Shown: positions 32,908 through 44,103 of the stretch, in pieces | Numbering within the stretch: the stretch's first letter is position 1 | How the letters are laid out: each line of letters starts with the position of its first letter | Assembly: GCF_056712565.1 (NCBI RefSeq) | Contig: NZ_CM160072.1 | Length of the DNA: 64,000 nucleotides | Strand: one strand, 5' to 3' | Notes under the pieces: generated by a model | Databases searched by the model: none | What the model saw: the letters and a program-made list of their open reading frames with translations, nothing else | What the model was told of the DNA's origin: nothing | Program-made: the position numbers and the translations under genes

Positions 32908-34845
32908 GTGGAAAAAGCCAAACACGTTACCTGGCGGCTGTTGGCTGTCGGTGTCTGTCTGCTGACGGTCAGCAGCGTGGCGCGAGCCGACTCACTGGAT
33001 GAGCAGCGTAGTCGTTACGCGCAAATCAAGCAGGCCTGGGATAATCGACAAATGGATGTGGTCGAACAAATGATGCCTGGACTGAAAGATTACCCACTTT
33101 ATCCCTACCTGGAATACCGCCAGATCACTGATGACCTGATGAATCAACCGGCGGTGACGGTCACTAACTTTGTTCGCGCTAACCCCACGCTTCCTCCCGC
33201 TCGCACGCTGCAATCTCGTTTCGTCAATGAACTGGCGCGGCGTGAAGACTGGCGTGGCTTGTTAGCCTTTAGCCCGGAAAAGCCCGGAACTACCGAAGCG
33301 CAATGTAATTACTACTATGCGAAATGGAACACCGGGCAGAGTGAAGAAGCCTGGCAAGGGGCGAAAGAGCTGTGGCTAACCGGCAAGAGCCAGCCTAACG
33401 CCTGTGACAAGTTATTTAGCGTCTGGCGTGCGTCAGGTAAACAAGATCCGCTGGCGTATTTAGAGCGTATCCGTCTGGCGATGAAAGCGGGTAACACCGG
33501 CCTGGTAACAGTGCTGGCAGGGCAGATGCCTGCCGATTACCAGACTATCGCTTCGGCAATCATTTCACTGGCGAACAACCCTAATACGGTACTGACCTTC
33601 GCGCGTACAACCGGCGCGACCGATTTTACCCGTCAAATGGCGGCGGTGGCGTTTGCCAGTGTGGCGCGGCAGGATGCTGAAAATGCACGGCTGATGATCC
33701 CGTCGCTTGCTCAGGCACAGCAGCTTAATGAAGATCAGATTCAGGAGCTGCGCGATATTGTCGCATGGCGTTTGATGGGCAACGATGTCACCGACGAGCA
33801 GGCGAAATGGCGCGATGACGCGATTATGCGTTCGCAATCTACTTCGCTTATTGAACGCCGTGTGCGAATGGCGCTTGGCACCGGCGATCGTCGCGGCCTG
33901 AATACCTGGCTGGCGCGTCTGCCTATGGAAGCGAAAGAGAAAGATGAATGGCGTTACTGGCAGGCGGATTTATTGCTGGAACGCGGACGTGAAGCTGAAG
34001 CAAAAGAGATTTTGCATCAACTCATGCAACAGCGTGGTTTCTACCCGATGGTTGCTGCACAACGCATCGGCGAAGAGTATGAGCTGAAGATTGATAAAGC
34101 GCCGCAGAATGTTGACAGCGCCCTGACTCAGGGGCCGGAGATGGCGCGCGTGCGCGAGTTGATGTACTGGAATCTCGATAACACCGCGCGTAGCGAGTGG
34201 GCCAATCTGGTGAAGAGCAAGTCAAAAACAGAGCAGGCTCAACTGGCTCGGTATGCTTTCAATAACCAATGGTGGGATCTTAGCGTTCAGGCAACGATCG
34301 CCGGGAAGCTGTGGGATCATCTGGAAGAGCGATTCCCGCTGGCTTACAACGATCTTTTCAAACGCTACACCAGTGGTAAGGAGATCCCGCAAAGCTATGC
34401 GATGGCGATTGCCCGTCAGGAGAGTGCCTGGAATCCGAAAGTGAAATCACCGGTAGGGGCCAGCGGCCTGATGCAGATTATGCCTGGTACCGCGACCCAT
34501 ACGGTGAAGATGTTCTCTATTCCCGGTTATAGCAGCCCTGGGCAATTGCTGGATCCGGAAACAAACATCAACATTGGCACCAGTTACCTGCAATATGTTT
34601 ATCAGCAGTTTGGCAATAACCGTATTTTCTCCTCAGCAGCTTATAACGCCGGGCCAGGGCGGGTGCGAACCTGGCTTGGCAACAGCGCAGGGCGTATCGA
34701 CGCAGTGGCATTTGTCGAGAGTATTCCATTCTCCGAGACGCGCGGTTATGTGAAAAACGTGCTGGCTTATGACGCTTACTACCGCTATTTCATGGGGGAT
34801 AAACCGACGTTGATGAGCGCCACGGAATGGGGACGTCGTTACTGA
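32908..34845 (+). CDS. slt: Soluble lytic murein transglycosylase
   Basis: 645-aa ORF from GTG; signal peptide; C-terminal lysozyme-like motif ESAWNPKVKSPVGASGLMQIMP. Confidence 0.95.
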   Translation: MEKAKHVTWRLLAVGVCLLTVSSVARADSLDEQRSRYAQIKQAWDNRQMDVVEQMMPGLKDYPLYPYLEYRQITDDLMNQPAVTVTNFVRANPTLPPARTLQSRFVNELARREDWRGLLAFSPEKPGTTEAQCNYYYAKWNTGQSEEAWQGAKELWLTGKSQPNACDKLFSVWRASGKQDPLAYLERIRLAMKAGNTGLVTVLAGQMPADYQTIASAIISLANNPNTVLTFARTTGATDFTRQMAAVAFASVARQDAENARLMIPSLAQAQQLNEDQIQELRDIVAWRLMGNDVTDEQAKWRDDAIMRSQSTSLIERRVRMALGTGDRRGLNTWLARLPMEAKEKDEWRYWQADLLLERGREAEAKEILHQLMQQRGFYPMVAAQRIGEEYELKIDKAPQNVDSALTQGPEMARVRELMYWNLDNTARSEWANLVKSKSKTEQAQLARYAFNNQWWDLSVQATIAGKLWDHLEERFPLAYNDLFKRYTSGKEIPQSYAMAIARQESAWNPKVKSPVGASGLMQIMPGTATHTVKMFSIPGYSSPGQLLDPETNINIGTSYLQYVYQQFGNNRIFSSAAYNAGPGRVRTWLGNSAGRIDAVAFVESIPFSETRGYVKNVLAYDAYYRYFMGDKPTLMSATEWGRRY

Positions 34846-34919
34846 TCCACACGTTTATGATATGCTATCGTACTCTTTAGCGAGTACAACCGGGGGAGGC
34901 ATTTTGCTTCCCCCGCTAA

Positions 34920-35261
<342 letters not shown>

Positions 35262-35264
35262 TTT

Positions 35265-35873
<609 letters not shown>

Positions 35874-35912
35874 TCAGAAAATTAACGTTACAGCAGTATA
35901 CGGAAAAAAAGC

Positions 35913-36560
35913 ATGTTACAGGTATACCTAGTCCGCCACGGTGAAACGCAGTGGAACGCCGAGCGACGTATTCAGGGCCAGTCTGACAGCCCGCTGACCG
36001 CCAAAGGTGAGCAACAGGCGATGCAGGTGGCAACCCGTGCCAAAGAGCTTGGCATTACGCATATCATCAGTAGCGATTTAGGACGGACCCGGCGCACGGC
36101 GGAAATCATCGCCCAGGCCTGCGGCTGTGACATCATCTTTGATTCTCGCCTGCGTGAATTAAATATGGGTGTACTGGAAACAAGAAATATCGATTCACTC
36201 ACCGAAGAAGAAGAGAACTGGCGTCGGCAGCTGGTCAATGGCACCGTTGACGGGCGTATTCCTGAAGGCGAGTCAATGCAGGAGCTCAGCGATCGCGTTA
36301 ATGCGGCACTGGAATCTTGCCGGGACTTACCGCAGGGAAGCCGACCGCTACTGGTGAGCCATGGTATTGCACTGGGATGCCTGGTGAGTACGATTCTCGG
36401 ATTACCAGCATGGGCAGAGCGCCGCTTACGTCTGCGTAACTGTTCTATTTCGCGCGTGGATTATCAGGAAAGCTTGTGGCTGGCGTCTGGCTGGGTGGTT
36501 GAAACCGCAGGGGACATCTCGCATCTGGACGCCCCTGCATTAGATGAGCTGCAGCGTTAA
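35913..36560 (+). CDS. gpmB: Histidine-phosphatase-family phosphoglycerate mutase homologue
   Basis: 215-aa ORF MLQVYLVRHGETQWN... (RHG catalytic motif). Confidence 0.93.
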   Translation: MLQVYLVRHGETQWNAERRIQGQSDSPLTAKGEQQAMQVATRAKELGITHIISSDLGRTRRTAEIIAQACGCDIIFDSRLRELNMGVLETRNIDSLTEEEENWRRQLVNGTVDGRIPEGESMQELSDRVNAALESCRDLPQGSRPLLVSHGIALGCLVSTILGLPAWAERRLRLRNCSISRVDYQESLWLASGWVVETAGDISHLDAPALDELQR

Positions 36561-37426
36561 CGACGGATCGGAATCAGCAGTTCACAGCGCAGATTAATTG
36601 GGCGATCTCCCGCTTTGGCATCTTCTGCCGGGTAGTATCGCTCAATATCCTGACCTTTACGGCGCGTCAAGTTAAGCATTGGCATGCACGTTCCGTATAC
36701 CGTCAGGATAAACTCCTGCACGCCGGTTCCCAGACCTTCATAGGTAAACATCACATATTCGCCGCCCTGCAACATCACCGGATGCCCAGTCAGTACATAG
36801 CCATCTGCCTGATCCTGAGCTAACGCGGTGGTGTAGAACACCTCTTGTTCGTCGTCTTTATCCTGGCTCGGACGTGTTTCGTTCAAACCGTAAAGCACTG
36901 GTGGAATGGTTGGCGAGTTGCCGAGAAAATCGTGCCAGAACTGGTAGCGCATTTCATGGCGGAAATCAGAGATTTGCTCCAGCGAACAGGAGTAGCTCTG
37001 GGTAACACCAATCAGCGGCGTATCTTCCAGGGTGACAAATTTGTGCTCTGGCATAGTGAATTCACCCAGACGCAGCGGCGGGCGAATACCAAAGGCGCTC
37101 CATTCAGGAGAACGGCGGTAAAGTGCAGGAGTCTGGGCAAACTGCTTCTTGAAAGCGCGGGTAAATGTCTGTTGAGAGTCGAAGCGGTATTGCAGCGCGA
37201 TGTCCAGAATCGGACGCGCAGTCAGGCGTAGTGCGACCGCCGATTTCGACAAACGACGAGCACGAATATACGCGCCAATAGCATGGCCAGTGACATCTTT
37301 AAACATTCTCTGTAAGTGCCACTTGGAATAACCTGCTTTCGCCGCTACATTGTCGAGCGACAGGGGATGATCCAGATGACCTTCCAGCCAGATTAAAAGG
37401 TCGCGAATAATGCCGGCCTGATCCAT
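36557..37426 (-). CDS. rob: AraC/XylS-family right-origin-binding regulator Rob
   Basis: 289-aa ORF MDQAGIIRDLLIWLEGHLDHPLSLDNVAAKAGYSKWHLQRMFKDVTG (AraC-type HTH). Confidence 0.95.
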   Translation of the reverse strand: MDQAGIIRDLLIWLEGHLDHPLSLDNVAAKAGYSKWHLQRMFKDVTGHAIGAYIRARRLSKSAVALRLTARPILDIALQYRFDSQQTFTRAFKKQFAQTPALYRRSPEWSAFGIRPPLRLGEFTMPEHKFVTLEDTPLIGVTQSYSCSLEQISDFRHEMRYQFWHDFLGNSPTIPPVLYGLNETRPSQDKDDEQEVFYTTALAQDQADGYVLTGHPVMLQGGEYVMFTYEGLGTGVQEFILTVYGTCMPMLNLTRRKGQDIERYYPAEDAKAGDRPINLRCELLIPIRR

Positions 37427-37636
37427 AAAATATCCTCATCCTTTCAACAACGAGCACCTGACATCAGGTAATTGGATAATAGCATTTTTTGCTGTTTTAG
37501 CATTCAGTGTTTTTTTCTTAGTCGAGTATGTTTTAGGTCTTGACGGAAATAAAAGTATTGAGATTTTGTTCTTAATCAATATGTTATTTACCGTGACGAA
37601 CTAATTGCTCGTGTAATAGATAAAAATGGTAACGAT

Positions 37637-38110
37637 ATGAAATACAAGCATTTAATCCTGTCTTTAAGCCTGATAATGCTGGGGCCATTGGCTCATGCAG
37701 AAGAGATTGGTTCGGTCGACACCGTATTTAAAATGATCGGCCCGGATCACAAAATTGTTGTTGAAGCCTTTGACGATCCCGATGTGAAAAATGTCACCTG
37801 TTATGTGAGCCGGGCGAAAACCGGTGGTATTAAAGGGGGATTGGGCCTGGCAGAAGATACCTCCGATGCGGCCATTTCTTGTCAACAAGTCGGGCCGATT
37901 GAATTGTCGGATCGTATTAAAAACGGCAAAGCTCAGGGCGAGGTAGTATTCAAAAAACGCACGTCCCTGGTCTTTAAGTCGTTACAGGTCGTGCGCTTTT
38001 ATGACGCTAAACGCAACGCGCTCGCTTATCTGGCTTACTCCGACAAAGTTGTAGAAGGTTCGCCGAAAAACGCGATTAGCGCGGTTCCTGTCATGCCGTG
38101 GCGGCAATAA
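37637..38110 (+). CDS. creA: Periplasmic protein CreA
   Basis: 157-aa ORF with signal peptide [21 protein letters not shown]. Confidence 0.9.
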
Positions 38111-38122
38111 CAGAGGCGATTT

Positions 38123-38812
38123 ATGCAACGGGAAACGGTCTGGTTAGTCGAAGACGAGCAAGGGATAGCCGATACGCTGGTCTACATGTTGCAACAGGAA
38201 GGTTTTGACGTCGAGGTCTTTGAGCGAGGCTTGCCAGTGCTGGATAAAGCTCGCCAGCAGGTTCCCGATGTCATGATTCTCGATGTTGGTTTGCCTGATA
38301 TCAGCGGCTTTGAATTGTGCCGCCAGTTACTGGCGCTCCATCCGGCGTTACCTGTACTGTTCCTGACGGCCCGAAGTGAAGAGGTCGATCGCCTGCTTGG
38401 GCTGGAAATTGGCGCTGACGACTACGTGGCTAAACCGTTTTCACCTCGCGAAGTGTGCGCCAGAGTGCGCACCTTACTGCGTCGGGTGAAGAAGTTCTCG
38501 ACTCCGTCTCCCGTTATCCGTATTGGTCATTTTGAATTGAATGAACCTGCGGCGCAGATCAGCTGGTTTGACACGCCATTAACGCTGACGCGGTATGAGT
38601 TTTTATTGCTGAAGACGTTACTCAAGTCGCCGGGCCGCGTCTGGTCCCGCCAGCAACTGATGGATAGCGTGTGGGAAGATGCGCAGGACACCTACGATCG
38701 CACCGTCGATACCCACATTAAAACGCTGCGTGCCAAGCTGCGCGCCATCAACCCCGATCTTTCACCGATTAATACTCATCGCGGCATGGGATATAGCCTG
38801 AGGGGCCTGTAA
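38123..38812 (+). CDS. creB: Response regulator CreB (OmpR family)
   Basis: 229-aa ORF; receiver domain (MILDVGLPDISG) plus winged-helix output domain. Confidence 0.95.
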   Translation: MQRETVWLVEDEQGIADTLVYMLQQEGFDVEVFERGLPVLDKARQQVPDVMILDVGLPDISGFELCRQLLALHPALPVLFLTARSEEVDRLLGLEIGADDYVAKPFSPREVCARVRTLLRRVKKFSTPSPVIRIGHFELNEPAAQISWFDTPLTLTRYEFLLLKTLLKSPGRVWSRQQLMDSVWEDAQDTYDRTVDTHIKTLRAKLRAINPDLSPINTHRGMGYSLRGL

Positions 38813-40236
38813 TGCGTATCGGCATGCGGTTGTTGCTGGGCTATTTTTTACTGGTGGCGGTGGCGGCCTGGTTCGTACTGGCTATTTTTGTCAAAGAAGT
38901 TAAACCGGGCGTGCGAAGAGCAACCGAGGGGACGTTAATCGACACCGCAACGTTGCTGGCGGAGCTGGCGCGTCCCGATTTGCTCTCTGGGGACCCAACG
39001 CATGGGCAACTGGCGCAGGCGTTTAATCAGCTACAACATCGCCCGTTTCGCGCCAATATCGGTGGCATTAACAAAGTGCGCAACGAATATCATGTCTATA
39101 TGACCGATGCGCAGGGCAAAGTATTGTTCGATTCGGCAAATAAAGCCGTTGGACAGGATTATTCGCGCTGGAATGACGTCTGGCTAACGTTGCGTGGTCA
39201 GTATGGTGCGCGCAGCACGTTGCAAAATCCTGCCGATCCCGAAAGTTCTGTGATGTATGTTGCCGCGCCGATTATGGACGGCTCGCGGCTTATTGGCGTT
39301 TTGAGCGTAGGCAAACCGAACGCGGCGATGGCTCCGGTCATTAAGCGTAGCGAGCGGCGAATTTTATGGGCCAGCGCCATTTTGTTGGGGATTGCACTGG
39401 TGATTGGCGCAGGCATGGTTTGGTGGATCAACCGCTCTATTGCCAGGCTCACTCGCTATGCTGATTCCGTCACTGACAATAAGCCCGTTCCTCTCCCCGA
39501 TCTCGGTAGTAGCGAGTTGCGTAAACTCGCGCAGGCGCTGGAAAGTATGCGCGTGAAGCTGGAAGGGAAAAACTATATTGAGCAGTATGTTTATGCGTTA
39601 ACTCATGAGCTAAAAAGCCCACTGGCGGCGATTCGTGGCGCGGCGGAAATTTTACGCGAAGGTCCGCCGCCGGAAGTGGTGGCTCGTTTTACCGACAACA
39701 TTCTGACGCAAAATGCGCGAATGCAGGCACTGGTGGAAACGTTACTACGCCAGGCAAGACTGGAGAATCGTCAGGAAGTCGTTCTGACTGCTGTTGATGT
39801 GGCGGCATTATTTCGCCGCGTCAGCGAAGCGCGCACCGTGCAGTTGGCAGAAAAAAACATCACTTTGCATGTTATGCCTACTGAGGTTAACGTTGCTTCT
39901 GAACCGGCGTTACTGGAGCAGGCGCTGGGGAATTTACTGGATAACGCCATCGATTTTACTCCCGAGAGCGGTTGCATAACGCTAAGCGCCGAAGTGGATC
40001 AGGAATACGTCACCCTTAAGGTGCTGGATACCGGTAGTGGGATTCCTGACTACGCGCTGTCACGTATTTTTGAACGCTTTTACTCTTTGCCGCGTGCAAA
40101 TGGGCAAAAAAGCAGCGGTCTGGGGTTGGCGTTTGTCAGTGAGGTCGCCCGTTTGTTTAACGGCGAAGTCACGCTGCGCAACGTGCAGGAAGGTGGCGTG
40201 CTGGCCTCGCTTCGACTTCACCGTCACTTCACATAG
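38812..40236 (+). CDS. creC: Sensor histidine kinase CreC
   Basis: 474-aa ORF; H-box LTHELKSPLAAIRG; ATG overlaps creB stop (ATGA-type junction). Confidence 0.95.
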   Translation: MRIGMRLLLGYFLLVAVAAWFVLAIFVKEVKPGVRRATEGTLIDTATLLAELARPDLLSGDPTHGQLAQAFNQLQHRPFRANIGGINKVRNEYHVYMTDAQGKVLFDSANKAVGQDYSRWNDVWLTLRGQYGARSTLQNPADPESSVMYVAAPIMDGSRLIGVLSVGKPNAAMAPVIKRSERRILWASAILLGIALVIGAGMVWWINRSIARLTRYADSVTDNKPVPLPDLGSSELRKLAQALESMRVKLEGKNYIEQYVYALTHELKSPLAAIRGAAEILREGPPPEVVARFTDNILTQNARMQALVETLLRQARLENRQEVVLTAVDVAALFRRVSEARTVQLAEKNITLHVMPTEVNVASEPALLEQALGNLLDNAIDFTPESGCITLSAEVDQEYVTLKVLDTGSGIPDYALSRIFERFYSLPRANGQKSSGLGLAFVSEVARLFNGEVTLRNVQEGGVLASLRLHRHFT

Positions 40237-40293
40237 CTTCAAATTCTTCCCACATAGCCTTCGTATCCTGCTGTCATTGCAAAGGAGAAGACT

Positions 40294-41646
40294 ATGTTGA
40301 AATCCCCCCTGTTCTGGAAAATGACCACCTTGTTTGGTGCAGTATTGCTGTTGTTGATTCCGATAATGCTGATTCGGCAGGTGATTGTCGAACGTGCCGA
40401 TTACCGTAGCGATGTGGAAGATGTGATTCGCCAAAGTACCAGCGGGCCGCAAAAACTCGTTGGGCCGCTCATCGCTATTCCTGTGACCGAGCTTTATACG
40501 GTGCAGGAAGACGATAAAACCGTGGAGCGGAAACGAAGTTTTATTCATTTTTGGTTACCTGAGTCATTGATGGTTGATGGCAATCAGAATGTGGAAGAAC
40601 GCAAGATAGGCATCTATACCGGTCAGGTCTGGCACAGTGATTTAACGCTAAAAGCCGATTTCGATGTTTCGCGTCTTAGCGAACTCGACGCGCCAAATAT
40701 CACCTTAGGCAAGCCATTTATTGTGATTAGCGTCGGGGATGCGCGTGGTATTGGTGTGGTGAAAGCGCCTGAAGTTAACGGTACGGCGCTGACCATTGAA
40801 CCCGGCACCGGGTTAGAGCAAGGCGGGCAGGGCGTGCATATCCCTTTACCCGAAGGGGACTGGCGCAAGCAGAACCTGAAGCTGAATGTGGCGCTGAATT
40901 TAAGCGGTACCGGCGATCTTTCTGTGGTGCCTGGCGGGCGTTATAGCGAAATGACCTTAACCAGCAACTGGCCGCATCCCAGTTTTTTAGGTGATTTTCT
41001 ACCAGCCAAACGGGAAGTTAGCGAGTCAGGTTTTCAGGCGCAATGGCAAAGTAGCTGGTTTGCTAATAATCTCGGTGAGCGTTTTGCTTCAGGCAATGAT
41101 ACCGGCTGGGAAAACTTCCCCGCGTTTAGCGTCGCAGTGACGACGCCAGCCGATCAATACCAATTAACGGACCGGGCGACTAAGTACGCCATTCTGCTGA
41201 TTGCGCTGACTTTTATGGCATTCTTTGTTTTTGAAACGCTCACCGCGCAACGTTTACACCCAATGCAATATTTGCTGGTGGGGCTTTCATTGGTGATGTT
41301 TTATTTGCTCTTGCTGGCGCTTTCTGAACATACCGGTTTTACCGTGGCATGGATAATCGCCAGTCTGATTGGGGCGTTAATGAACGGTATTTATTTGCAG
41401 GCGGTATTGAAAGGCTGGCGTAATAGCATGTTGTTTACCCTCGCGCTGTTGTTGCTGGATGGTGTGATGTGGGGACTGCTCAACTCTGCCGATAGCGCGC
41501 TGTTGTTGGGAACCAGTGTGCTGGTGGTGGCGCTGGCCGGCATGATGTTTGTGACCCGTAATATCGACTGGTATGCGTTTTCACTGCCGAAAATGAAAGC
41601 CAGTAAAGAAGTTACCATGGACGATGAATTACGTATCTGGAAATAA
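40294..41646 (+). CDS. creD: Inner-membrane protein CreD
   Basis: 450-aa ORF with N-terminal TM segment and multi-TM C-terminus. Confidence 0.93.
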   Translation: MLKSPLFWKMTTLFGAVLLLLIPIMLIRQVIVERADYRSDVEDVIRQSTSGPQKLVGPLIAIPVTELYTVQEDDKTVERKRSFIHFWLPESLMVDGNQNVEERKIGIYTGQVWHSDLTLKADFDVSRLSELDAPNITLGKPFIVISVGDARGIGVVKAPEVNGTALTIEPGTGLEQGGQGVHIPLPEGDWRKQNLKLNVALNLSGTGDLSVVPGGRYSEMTLTSNWPHPSFLGDFLPAKREVSESGFQAQWQSSWFANNLGERFASGNDTGWENFPAFSVAVTTPADQYQLTDRATKYAILLIALTFMAFFVFETLTAQRLHPMQYLLVGLSLVMFYLLLLALSEHTGFTVAWIIASLIGALMNGIYLQAVLKGWRNSMLFTLALLLLDGVMWGLLNSADSALLLGTSVLVVALAGMMFVTRNIDWYAFSLPKMKASKEVTMDDELRIWK

Positions 41647-41656
41647 GGTAGAAAAA

Positions 41657-41686
41657 TAAAAACGGCGCTAAAAAGCGCCGTTTTTA
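41657..41686. terminator. Bidirectional rho-independent terminator between convergent creD and arcA
   Basis: aaaaacggcgct-aaaa-agcgccgttttt: perfect hairpin flanked by an A-run and a T-run. Confidence 0.8.
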
Positions 41687-41705
41687 TTGACGGTGGTAAA
41701 GCCGA

Positions 41706-42422
41706 TTAATCTTCCAGATCACCGCAGAAGCGATAACCTTCACCGTGAATGGTGGCGATGATTTCCGGCGTATCCGGCGTAGATTCGAAATGTTTACGAA
41801 TACGGCGGATCGTCACATCTACAGTACGGTCGTGCGGTTTCAGCTCACGGCCGGTCATTTTCTTCAGCAGTTCAGCACGGGACTGAATTTTGCCTGGGTT
41901 TTCACAGAAGTGAAGCATGGCGCGGAACTCGCTGCGCGGCAGCTTGTACTGCTCGCCATCAGGGCCGATCAACGAACGGCTGTTGATGTCCAGTTCCCAA
42001 CCATTGAACTTGTAGCTTTCAACGCTACGACGTTCTTCGCTGACAGTACCCAGATTCATGGTACGGGACAGCAGGTTGCGTGCACGAATAGTCAGTTCAC
42101 GCGGGTTGAACGGTTTGGTGATGTAGTCATCTGCACCGATTTCGAGGCCGAGAATTTTATCGACTTCGTTGTCACGGCCAGTCAGGAACATCAACGCAAC
42201 ATTCGCCTGCTCGCGCAGTTCACGCGCTAACAGAAGACCGTTCTTACCCGGCAGATTGATATCCATGATCACCAGGTTGATGTCATATTCAGAGAGGATC
42301 TGATGCATTTCCGCGCCATCTGTCGCTTCGAAAACATCATAGCCTTCCGCTTCGAAAATACTTTTCAACGTGTTGCGTGTTACCAACTCGTCTTCAACGA
42401 TAAGAATGTGCGGGGTCTGCAT
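41706..42422 (-). CDS. arcA: Aerobic respiration control response regulator ArcA
   Basis: 238-aa [46 protein letters not shown]... Confidence 0.97.
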
Positions 42423-43057
42423 GTTTGCTACCTAAATTGCCAACTAAATCGAAACAGGAAGTACAAAAGTCCCTGACCTGCCTGATGCATGCTGCAAATT
42501 AACATGATCGGCGTAACATGACTAAAGTACGTAATTGCGTTCTTGATGCACTTTCCATCAACGTCAACAACATCATTAGCTTGGTCGTGGGTACTTTCCC
42601 TCAGGACCCGACAGTGTCAAAAACGGCTGTCATCCTAACCATTTTAACAGCAATATAACAGGCTAAGAGGGGCAGGACACCCAATAAAACTACGCTTCGT
42701 TGACATATATCAAGTTCAATTGTAGCACGTTAACAGTTTGATGAAATGATCGTATCTAAATGCTAGCTTTCGTCACATTATTTTAATAATCCAACTAGTT
42801 GCTTCATACAACTAATAAACGTGGTGAATCCAATTATCGAGATTTATTTTTTATAAAATTATCCTAAGTAAACAGAAGGATATGTAGCATTTTTTAACAA
42901 TTCAATCGTTAGTACAGTCAGGAAATAGTTTAGCTTTTTTTAAGCTAAGCAAAGGGCTTTTCCTGCGACTTACGTTAAGAATTTGTAAATTCGCAACGCG
43001 TAATAAGTTGACAATGATCACCCTGTTCGCGGTTATTTGGTCAAGAAGAGTGGCAAT

Positions 43058-43744
43058 ATGCGTATAACGATTATTCTGGTTGCACCCGCCAGAGCAGAAA
43101 ATATTGGGGCAGCGGCGCGGGCAATGAAAACGATGGGTTTTAGCGAACTGCGGATTGTTGATAGTCAGGCACACTTGGAGCCAGTCGCCCGTTGGGTCGC
43201 ACATGGATCTGGTGATATTATTGATAATATTAAAGTTTTCAAGACACTAGCTGAATCGTTACACGATGTCGATTTCACTGTTGCCACCACTGCGCGCAGT
43301 CGGGCGAAATATCATTACTACGCTACGCCAGTAGAACTGGTGCCGCTGTTAGAGGAAAAATCTTCATGGATGAGCCATGCCGCTCTGGTGTTTGGTCGCG
43401 AAGATTCCGGGCTGACTAACGAAGAGTTAGCGTTGGCTGACGTTCTTACTGGTGTGCCGATGGTGGCGGATTATCCTTCGCTCAATCTGGGGCAGGCAGT
43501 GATGGTCTATTGCTATCAATTAGCAACATTAATACAACAACCGGCGAAAAGTGACACAACGGCAGACCAACATCAACTGCAAGCTTTACGCGAACGAGCC
43601 ATGACATTGCTGACGACTCTGGCAGTGGCAGATGACATAAAACTGGTCGACTGGTTACAACAACGCCTGGGGCTTTTAGAGCAACGAGACACGGCAATGT
43701 TGCACCGTTTGCTGCATGATATTGAAAAAAATATCACCAAATAA
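43058..43744 (+). CDS. lasT: SpoU/TrmH-family RNA methyltransferase YjtD/LasT
   Basis: ORF-track frame 43037..43744; ATG at 43058 gives MRITIILVAPARAENIGAAARAMKTMGF (228 aa). Confidence 0.88.
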   Translation: MRITIILVAPARAENIGAAARAMKTMGFSELRIVDSQAHLEPVARWVAHGSGDIIDNIKVFKTLAESLHDVDFTVATTARSRAKYHYYATPVELVPLLEEKSSWMSHAALVFGREDSGLTNEELALADVLTGVPMVADYPSLNLGQAVMVYCYQLATLIQQPAKSDTTADQHQLQALRERAMTLLTTLAVADDIKLVDWLQQRLGLLEQRDTAMLHRLLHDIEKNITK

Positions 43745-43954
43745 AAAACGCCTTAGTAAGTGATTTTCAGCTTTTCATTCTGACTGCAACGGGCAATATG
43801 TCTCTGTGTGGATTAAAAAAAGAGTGTCTGATAGCAGCTTCTGAACTGGTTACCTGCCGTGAGTAAATTAAAATTTTATTGACTTAGGTCACTAAATACT
43901 TTAACCAATATAGGCATAGCGCACAGACAGATAAAAATTACAGAGTACACAACA

Positions 43955-44023
<69 letters not shown>

Positions 44024-44046
44024 CGCGTACAGGAAACACAGAAAAA

Positions 44047-44078
44047 AGCCCGCACCTGACAGTGCGGGCTTTTTTTTC
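44047..44078 (+). terminator. thr attenuator (leader terminator)
   Basis: agcccgcacctgacagtgcgggct hairpin followed by ttttttt, between thrL and thrA. Confidence 0.93.
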
Positions 44079-44103
44079 GACCAAAGGTAACGAGGTAACA
44101 ACC

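Noticed and set aside
42423-43057. Long non-coding gap upstream of arcA, possibly holding the small ORF yjjY
   Set aside because: No ORF of 60 aa or more and I cannot place the short K-12 yjjY reading frame confidently from memory; left as arcA leader/promoter region.
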